Positions 1 through 5,638 of a stretch of DNA of 6,508 nucleotides are shown piece after piece. The DNA is from a virus (Duplodnaviria; Heunggongvirae; Uroviricota; Caudoviricetes), in IMG/VR virus record IMGVR_UViG_2531839146_000005; one strand, 5' to 3'. The notes beneath the pieces are model-generated. The model was not told the origin of the DNA. It saw nothing but the letters and a program-made list of their open reading frames with translations, and did no database searches. Within the stretch, counting starts at the first letter, position 1. Each line of letters opens with the position of its first letter. A program made the translations under genes and the position numbers.

Positions 1-248
1 TGGTGGCGATGTCTCTGTGGCATAACCATCCGAAGAAGACGCAGATGCCGTCCATGAATGAAGCCGTTAAACAGATTGAGCAGGAAGTGCTTACCACCTG
101 GCCCGCGGAGGCAATTTCTCATGCTGAAAACGTGGTGTACCGGCTGTCCGGTATGTATGAGTTTGTGGTGAATGATGCCCCTGAACAGGCAGAGGACGCC
201 GGGCCTGCAGAGCCTGTTTCTGCGGGAAAGTGTTCGACGGTGAGCTGA
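1..248 (+). CDS. G: Tail assembly chaperone G, 3' portion (5' end lies upstream of the window); frame-0 product ends at TGA 246-248
   Basis: ORF 3..248 translates to ...SLWHNHPKKTQMPSMNEAVKQIEQEVLTTWP...AGPAEPVSAGKCSTVS, which I recognise as the C-terminal part of lambda gpG. Sits immediately upstream of the T frame and tape measure gene, the conserved synteny. No start codon in the window (the track's leading M is a GTG read in-frame). Confidence 0.9.
   Translation, partial: VAMSLWHNHPKKTQMPSMNEAVKQIEQEVLTTWPAEAISHAENVVYRLSGMYEFVVNDAPEQAEDAGPAEPVSAGKCSTVS
224..230 (+). other. Programmed -1 ribosomal frameshift slippery heptamer G GGA AAG (G-T recoding site)
   Basis: Sequence gcGGGAAAGtg at 222-232. 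In the G frame the codons are GGA (225-227) and AAG (228-230). A -1 slip re-pairs to GGG AAA and continues at GTG (230-232) in the T frame. This is the same heptamer and position (about 6 codons before the G stop) as the known lambda G-T frameshift. Confidence 0.85.
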
Positions 249-664
249 GTTTTGCCCTGAAACTGGCGCGCGAGATGGGGCGACCCGACTGGCGTGCCAT
301 GCTTGCCGGGATGTCATCCACGGAGTATGCCGACTGGCACCGCTTTTACAGTACCCATTATTTTCATGATGTTCTGCTGGATATGCACTTTTCCGGGCTG
401 ACGTACACCGTGCTCAGCCTGTTTTTCAGCGATCCGGATATGCATCCGCTGGATTTCAGTCTGCTGAACCGGCGCGAGGCTGACGAAGAGCCTGAAGATG
501 ATGTGCTGATGCAGAAAGCGGCAGGGCTTGCCGGAGGTGTCCGCTTTGGCCCGGACGGGAATGAAGTTATCCCTACTTCCCCGGATGTGGCGGACATGAC
601 GGAGGATGACGTAATGCTGATGACAGTATCAGAAGGGATCGCAGGAGGAGTCCGGTATGGCTGA
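230..664 (+). CDS. T: Tail assembly protein T frame, expressed as the C-terminal part of the G-T fusion via -1 frameshift; no independent initiation expected
   Basis: Open frame 230..664 in the -1 frame relative to G, translating VFDGELSFALKLAREMGRPDWRAMLAGMSSTEYADWHRFYSTHYFHDVLLDMHF...EGIAGGVRYG, recognisable as lambda gpT. Stop TGA 662-664 overlaps the H start (ATGGCTGA). Confidence 0.88.
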   Translation: MFDGELSFALKLAREMGRPDWRAMLAGMSSTEYADWHRFYSTHYFHDVLLDMHFSGLTYTVLSLFFSDPDMHPLDFSLLNRREADEEPEDDVLMQKAAGLAGGVRFGPDGNEVIPTSPDVADMTEDDVMLMTVSEGIAGGVRYG

Positions 665-3236
665 ACCGGTAGGCGATCTGGTCGTTGATTTGAGTCTGGA
701 TGCGGCCAGATTTGACGAGCAGATGGCCAGAGTCAGGCGTCATTTTTCCGGTACGGAAAGTGATGCGAAAAAAACAGCGGCAGTCGTTGAACAGTCGCTG
801 AGCCGACAGGCGCTGGCTGCACAGAAAGCGGGGATTTCCGTCGGGCAGTATAAAGCCGCCATGCGTATGCTGCCTGCACAGTTCACCGACGTGGCCACGC
901 AGCTTGCAGGCGGGCAAAGTCCGTGGCTGATCCTGCTGCAACAGGGTGGTCAGGTTAAGGACTCCTTCGGCGGGATGATCCCCATGTTCAGGGGGCTTGC
1001 CGGTGCGATCACCCTGCCGATGGTGGGGGCCACCTCGCTGGCGGTGGCGACCGGTGCGCTGGCGTATGCCTGGTATCAGGGTAACTCAACCCTGTCCGAT
1101 TTCAACAAAACGCTGGTCCTTTCCGGCAATCAGGCGGGACTGACGGCAGATCGTATGCTGGTCCTGTCCAGAGCCGGGCAGGCGGCAGGGCTGACGTTTA
1201 ACCAGACCAGCGAGTCACTGACGGCGCTGGTGAATGCCGGTGTGCGTGGTGGTGAGCAGTTTGAGGCGATCAGCCAGAGTGTGGCGCGTTTCTCCTCTGC
1301 ATCCGGTGTGGAGGTGGACAAGGTCGCTGAAGCCTTCGGGAAGCTGACCACAGACCCGACGTCGGGGTTGACGGCGATGGCACGCCAGTTCCATAACGTG
1401 ACGGCGGAACAGATTGCGTATGTTGCTCAGTTGCAGCGTTCCGGCGATGAAGCCGGGGCATTGCAGGCGGCGAACGAGGCCGCAACGAAAGGGTTTGATG
1501 ACCAGACCCGACGCCTGAAAGAGAACATGGGCACGCTGGAGACCTGGGCAGACAGGACAGCACGGGCATTCAAATCCATGTGGGATTCGGTGCTGGATAT
1601 TGGTCGCCCGGACACTGCCCAGGGAATGCTGGAGAAAGCAGAAAAGGCTTTTGATGAGGCGGACAAAAAATGGCAGTGGTATCAGAGCCGGAGCCACCGG
1701 CGCGGTAAAACCTCAGCATTTCTTGCCAATCTCCGGGGAGCATGGGAGGACAGAGCGAATGCGCAACTTGGGCTTTCCGCCGCCACGTTGCAGGCCGATC
1801 TTGAAAAGGCCAGAGAGATGGCAGCAAAGGACTGGGCCGAGTCTGAGGCATCACGGCTGAAATATACCGAAGAGGCGCAGAAGGCTTACGAACGCCTGCA
1901 GACGCCGCTGGAGAAATATACCGCCCGTCAGGAAGAACTGAACAAGGCACTGAAAGACGGGAAAATCCTGCAGGCAGATTACAACACGCTGATGGCGGCG
2001 GCGAAAAAGGATTATGAAGCGACGCTGAAAAAGCCGAAACAGTCCGGCGTGAAGGTGTCTGCGGGCGATCGTCAGGAAGACAGTGCTCATGCTGCCCTGC
2101 TGACGCTTCAGGCAGAACTCCGGACGCTGGAGAAGCATGCCGGAGCGAATGAGAAAATCAGCCAGCAGCGCCGGGATTTGTGGAAGGCAGAAAGTCAGTT
2201 CGCGGTACTGGAGGAGGCGGCACAACGTCGCCAGCTGTCCGCACAGGAGAAATCCCTGCTGGCGCATAAAGATGAGACGCTGGAGTACAAACGCCAGCTG
2301 GCTGCACTTGGCGACAAGGTTACGTATCAGGAGCGCCTGAACGCGCTGGCGCAGCAGGCGGATAAATTCGCACAGCAGCAACGGGCAAAACGGGCCGCCA
2401 TTGATGCGAAAAGCCGGGGGCTGACTGACCGGCAGGCAGAACGGGAAGCCACGGAACAGCGCCTGAAGGAACAGTATGGCGATAATCCGCTGGCGCTGAA
2501 TAACGTCATGTCAGAGCAGAAAAAGACCTGGGCGGCTGAAGACCAGCTTCGCGGGAGCTGGATGGCAGGCCTGAAGTCCGGCTGGAGTGAGTGGGAAGAG
2601 AGCGCCACGGACAGTATGTCGCAGGTAAAAAGTGCAGCCACGCAGACCTTTGATGGTATTGCACAGAATATGGCGGCGATGCTGACCGGCAGTGAGCAGA
2701 ACTGGCGCAGCTTCACCCGTTCCGTGCTGTCCATGATGACAGAAATTCTGCTTAAGCAGGCAATGGTGGGGATTGTCGGGAGTATCGGCAGCGCCATTGG
2801 CGGGGCTGTTGGTGGCGGCGCATCCGCGTCAGGCGGTACAGCCATTCAGGCCGCTGCGGCGAAATTCCATTTTGCAACCGGAGGATTTACGGGAACCGGC
2901 GGCAAATATGAGCCAGCGGGGATTGTTCACCGTGGTGAGTTTGTCTTCACGAAGGAGGCAACCAGCCGGATTGGCGTGGGGAATCTTTACCGGCTGATGC
3001 GCGGCTATGCCACCGGCGGTTATGTCGGTACACCGGGCAGCATGGCAGACAGCCGGTCGCAGGCGTCCGGGACGTTTGAGCAGAATAACCATGTGGTGAT
3101 TAACAACGACGGCACGAACGGGCAGATAGGTCCGGCTGCTCTGAAGGCGGTGTATGACATGGCCCGCAAGGGTGCCCGTGATGAAATTCAGACACAGATG
3201 CGTGATGGTGGCCTGTTCTCCGGAGGTGGACGATGA
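657..3236 (+). CDS. H: Tail tape measure protein (tail length determinant), 859 aa
   Basis: Long ORF starting MAEPVGDLVVDLSLDAARFDEQMARVRRHF, matching the lambda gpH N-terminus. Shine-Dalgarno AGGAGGAG at 643-650, 8 nt before ATG 657. Large Ala/Gln/Arg/Glu/Lys-rich central region typical of coiled-coil tape measure proteins. Gly-rich hydrophobic segment near the C-terminus. Position after G/T matches the conserved order. Confidence 0.95.
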   Translation: MAEPVGDLVVDLSLDAARFDEQMARVRRHFSGTESDAKKTAAVVEQSLSRQALAAQKAGISVGQYKAAMRMLPAQFTDVATQLAGGQSPWLILLQQGGQVKDSFGGMIPMFRGLAGAITLPMVGATSLAVATGALAYAWYQGNSTLSDFNKTLVLSGNQAGLTADRMLVLSRAGQAAGLTFNQTSESLTALVNAGVRGGEQFEAISQSVARFSSASGVEVDKVAEAFGKLTTDPTSGLTAMARQFHNVTAEQIAYVAQLQRSGDEAGALQAANEAATKGFDDQTRRLKENMGTLETWADRTARAFKSMWDSVLDIGRPDTAQGMLEKAEKAFDEADKKWQWYQSRSHRRGKTSAFLANLRGAWEDRANAQLGLSAATLQADLEKAREMAAKDWAESEASRLKYTEEAQKAYERLQTPLEKYTARQEELNKALKDGKILQADYNTLMAAAKKDYEATLKKPKQSGVKVSAGDRQEDSAHAALLTLQAELRTLEKHAGANEKISQQRRDLWKAESQFAVLEEAAQRRQLSAQEKSLLAHKDETLEYKRQLAALGDKVTYQERLNALAQQADKFAQQQRAKRAAIDAKSRGLTDRQAEREATEQRLKEQYGDNPLALNNVMSEQKKTWAAEDQLRGSWMAGLKSGWSEWEESATDSMSQVKSAATQTFDGIAQNMAAMLTGSEQNWRSFTRSVLSMMTEILLKQAMVGIVGSIGSAIGGAVGGGASASGGTAIQAAAAKFHFATGGFTGTGGKYEPAGIVHRGEFVFTKEATSRIGVGNLYRLMRGYATGGYVGTPGSMADSRSQASGTFEQNNHVVINNDGTNGQIGPAALKAVYDMARKGARDEIQTQMRDGGLFSGGGR

Positions 3237-3562
3237 AGACCTTCCGCTGGAAAGTGAAACCCGGTATGGATGTGGCTTCGGTCCCTTCTGTAAGAAAGGT
3301 GCGCTTTGGTGATGGCTATTCCCAGCGAGCGCCTGCCGGGCTGAATGCCAACCTGAAAACGTACAGCGTGACGCTTTCTGTCCCCCGTGAGGAGGCCACG
3401 GTACTGGAGTCGTTTCTGGAAGAGCACGGGGGCTGGAAATCCTTTCTGTGGACGCCGCCTTATGAGTGGCGGCAGATAAAGGTGACCTGCGCAAAATGGT
3501 CGTCGCGGGTCAGTATGCTGCGTGTTGAGTTCAGCGCAGAGTTTGAACAGGTGGTGAACTGA
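3233..3562 (+). CDS. M: Minor tail protein M, 109 aa
   Basis: ORF MKTFRWKVKPGMDVASVPSVRKVRFGDGYSQRAPAGLNANLKTYSVTLSV... with ATG overlapping the H stop (ATGA at 3233-3236). GGAGG at 3221-3225, 7 nt upstream. Length and sequence match lambda gpM. Confidence 0.93.
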   Translation: MKTFRWKVKPGMDVASVPSVRKVRFGDGYSQRAPAGLNANLKTYSVTLSVPREEATVLESFLEEHGGWKSFLWTPPYEWRQIKVTCAKWSSRVSMLRVEFSAEFEQVVN

Positions 3563-4260
3563 TGCAGGATATCCGGCAGGAAACACTGAATGAATGCACC
3601 CGTGCGGAGCAGTCGGCCAGCGTGGTGCTCTGGGAAATCGACCTGACAGAGGTCGGTGGAGAACGTTATTTTTTCTGTAATGAGCAGAACGAAAAAGGTG
3701 AGCCGGTCACCTGGCAGGGGCGACAGTATCAGCCGTATCCCATTCAGGGGAGCGGTTTTGAACTGAATGGCAAAGGCACCAGTACGCGCCCCACGCTGAC
3801 GGTTTCTAACCTGTACGGTATGGTCACCGGGATGGCGGAAGATCTGCAGAGTCTGGTCGGCGGAACGGTGGTCCGGCGTAAGGTTTACGCCCGTTTTCTG
3901 GATGCGGTGAACTTCGTCAACGGAAACAGTGACGCCGATCCGGAGCAGGAGGTGATCAGCCGCTGGCGCATCGAGCAGTGCAGCGAACTGAGCGCGGTGA
4001 GTGCCTCCTTTGTACTGTCCACGCCGACGGAAACGGATGGCGCTGTTTTTCCGGGGCGCATCATGCTGGCTAACACCTGCACCTGGATCTATCGCGGTGA
4101 TGAGTGCGGTTATAATGGCCCAGCTGTCGCTGATGAATATGACCAGCCGACATCTGATATCTCGAAGGATAAATGCAGTAAATGCCTGAGCGGCTGTAAG
4201 TTCCGCAATAACGTCGGCAACTTTGGCGGCTTCCTTTCCATTAACAAACTTTCGCAGTAA
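3562..4260 (+). CDS. L: Minor tail protein L, 232 aa, with C-terminal cysteine cluster (Fe-S binding in the gpL family)
   Basis: ORF MQDIRQETLNECTRAEQSASVVLWEIDL..., same length as lambda gpL. Start overlaps the M stop (TGATG at 3560-3564). Cysteines in ...ANTCTWIYRGDECGYNG...KDKCSKCLSGC... at the C-terminus. Confidence 0.93.
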   Translation: MQDIRQETLNECTRAEQSASVVLWEIDLTEVGGERYFFCNEQNEKGEPVTWQGRQYQPYPIQGSGFELNGKGTSTRPTLTVSNLYGMVTGMAEDLQSLVGGTVVRRKVYARFLDAVNFVNGNSDADPEQEVISRWRIEQCSELSAVSASFVLSTPTETDGAVFPGRIMLANTCTWIYRGDECGYNGPAVADEYDQPTSDISKDKCSKCLSGCKFRNNVGNFGGFLSINKLSQ

Positions 4261-4265
4261 ATCCC

Positions 4266-5009
4266 ATGACAGAGACAGAATCAGCGATTCTGGCGCACGC
4301 CCGGCGATGTGCGCCAGCGGAGTCGTGCGGCTTCGTGGTGAGAACGCCGGAGGGGGAAAGATATTTTCCCTGCGTAAATATCTCCGGTGAGCCGGAGGAT
4401 TATTTTCGGATGTCGCCGGAGGACTGGCTGCAGGCAGAAATGCAGGGTGAGATTGTGGCGCTGGTCCACAGTCATCCCGGTGGTCTGCCCTGGCTGAGTG
4501 AGGCTGACCGGCGGCTGCAGGTGCAGAGTGATTTGCCGTGGTGGCTGGTCTGCCGGGGGGCGATTCATAAGTTCCGCTGTGTGCCGCATCTCACCGGGCG
4601 GCGCTTTGAGCACGGGGTGACGGACTGTTACACGCTGTTCCGGGATGCTTATCATCTGGCGGGGATTGAGATGCCGAATTTTCATCGCGGGGATGACTGG
4701 TGGCGTCACGGCCAGAATCTCTATCTGGATAATCTGGAGGACACAGGGCTGTATCAGGTGCCGTTGTCATCAGCACAACCGGGCGATGTGCTGCTGTGCT
4801 GTTTTGGTTCATCGGTGCCGAATCATGCCGCCATTTACTGTGGTGACGGCGAGCTGCTGCACCATATTCCTGAACAACTGAGCAAACGAGAGAGGTATAC
4901 CGACAAATGGCAGCGACGCACACACTCCCTCTGGCGTCACCGGGCATGGCGCGCATCTGCCTTTACGGGGATTTACAACGATTTGGCCGCCGCATCGACC
5001 TTCGTGTGA
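4266..5009 (+). CDS. K: Tail assembly protein K, JAMM/MPN metallopeptidase domain plus NlpC/P60-like domain; 247 aa from ATG 4266 (alternative internal start at 4410 would give 199 aa)
   Basis: ORF MTETESAILAHARRCAPAESCGFVV...ALVHSHPGGLPWLSEAD...GVTDCYTLF...NHAAIYCG... JAMM motif H-x-H-x7-S-x2-D at residues 68-81 (nt 4467-4508). Upstream E-x-C-G (E19, nt 4320-4331). Candidate NlpC/P60 catalytic Cys121 (nt 4626-4628). ATG 4266 lies 5 nt after the L stop. Confidence 0.88.
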   Translation: MTETESAILAHARRCAPAESCGFVVRTPEGERYFPCVNISGEPEDYFRMSPEDWLQAEMQGEIVALVHSHPGGLPWLSEADRRLQVQSDLPWWLVCRGAIHKFRCVPHLTGRRFEHGVTDCYTLFRDAYHLAGIEMPNFHRGDDWWRHGQNLYLDNLEDTGLYQVPLSSAQPGDVLLCCFGSSVPNHAAIYCGDGELLHHIPEQLSKRERYTDKWQRRTHSLWRHRAWRASAFTGIYNDLAAASTFV

Positions 5010-5578
5010 AAACGGGGGCTGAAGCCATCCGGGCGCTGGCCACACAGCTCCCGGCGTTTCGTCAGAAACTGAGCGACGGCTGGTATCAGGTACGGATTTC
5101 CGGGCGGGACGTCAGCACGTCCGGATTGACGGCGCAGTTACATGAGGTTCTGCCTGACGGCGCTGTGATTCATATTGTTCCCAGAGTCGCCGGGGCCAAG
5201 TCAGGGGGCGTATTCCAGATTGTTCTGGGGGCTGCCGCCATTGCCGGATCATTCTTTACTGCCGGAGCCACCCTTGCAGCATGGGGGGCAGCCATTGGGG
5301 CCGGTGGTATGACCAGTATCCTGTTTTCTCTCGGTGCCAGTATGGTACTTGGTGGTGTGGCGCAGATGCTGGCACCGAAAGCCAGGACGCCCACGGCAGC
5401 AAGTACAGATAACGGCAAACAGAACACCTATTTCTCCTCACTGGATAACATGGTTGCCCAGGGCAATGTTCTGCCCGTTCTGTACGGTGAAATGCGCGTG
5501 GGGTCGCGGGTGGTCTCTCAGGAGATCAGCACGGCAGACGAAGGGGATGGTGGTCAGGTTGTGGTGATTGGTCGCTGA
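4907..5578 (+). CDS. I: Tail assembly protein I, 223 aa; N-terminal ubiquitin-like region ending in Gly-Gly, C-terminal Gly/Ala-rich hydrophobic region
   Basis: ORF MAATHTLPLASPGMARICLYGDLQRFGRRIDLRVKTGAEAIRALATQ..., matching lambda gpI length (223 aa) and sequence. Overlaps the 3' end of K by 103 nt in a different frame, as in lambda. GG at residues 100-101 (nt 5204-5209) followed by VFQIVLGAAAIAGSFFTAGATLAAWGAAIGAGG. Confidence 0.9.
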   Translation: MAATHTLPLASPGMARICLYGDLQRFGRRIDLRVKTGAEAIRALATQLPAFRQKLSDGWYQVRISGRDVSTSGLTAQLHEVLPDGAVIHIVPRVAGAKSGGVFQIVLGAAAIAGSFFTAGATLAAWGAAIGAGGMTSILFSLGASMVLGGVAQMLAPKARTPTAASTDNGKQNTYFSSLDNMVAQGNVLPVLYGEMRVGSRVVSQEISTADEGDGGQVVVIGR

Positions 5579-5595
5579 TGCAAAATGTTTTATGT

Positions 5596-5620
5596 GAAAC
5601 CGCCTCCGGGCGGTTTTATC
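5596..5620 (+). terminator. GC-rich hairpin followed by T-tract in the I-J intergenic region (putative weak intrinsic terminator or RNA stability element)
   Basis: gAAACCGCC (5596-5604), loop tccg (5605-5608), GGCGGTTTt (5609-5617): a perfect 8-bp inverted repeat (5597-5604 with 5609-5616) followed by tttatcgtttat. It sits between the I stop (5576-5578) and the J Shine-Dalgarno (GGAG 5627-5630). Confidence 0.4.
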
Positions 5621-5638
5621 GTTTATGGAGCATGACGA

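Noticed and set aside
1527-2577. Apparent sequence repetition in the central part of H
   Set aside because: The repetitiveness is at the amino-acid composition level (Ala/Gln/Arg/Glu/Lys-rich coiled coil), not a DNA tandem repeat. I could not identify exact nucleotide repeat units.
1600-2997. Plus-strand alternative-frame ORFs inside H (1600..1860, 2137..2340, 2773..2997)
   Set aside because: Out-of-frame readings within the tape measure gene with Arg/Trp-rich junk-like translations; no Shine-Dalgarno and no slippery-site context suggesting recoding.
573-3586. Many minus-strand ORFs of 73-221 aa overlapping T, H and M (e.g. 573..941, 1215..1697, 1570..1950, 1851..2381, 2327..2845, 2829..3494, 3188..3586)
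   Set aside because: All lie antisense to confidently identified, densely packed structural genes. Their translations are Arg/Pro/Ser/Cys-rich and low-complexity, as expected for antisense reading of GC-rich coding DNA. No start context and no recognisable protein features.
4410-5009. Annotating K as the 199-aa form starting at ATG 4410
   Set aside because: Although that ATG has a GGAGG upstream, it would remove the conserved E-x-C-G element of the JAMM/MPN domain. I preferred the 4266 start but flag the ambiguity in the findings.
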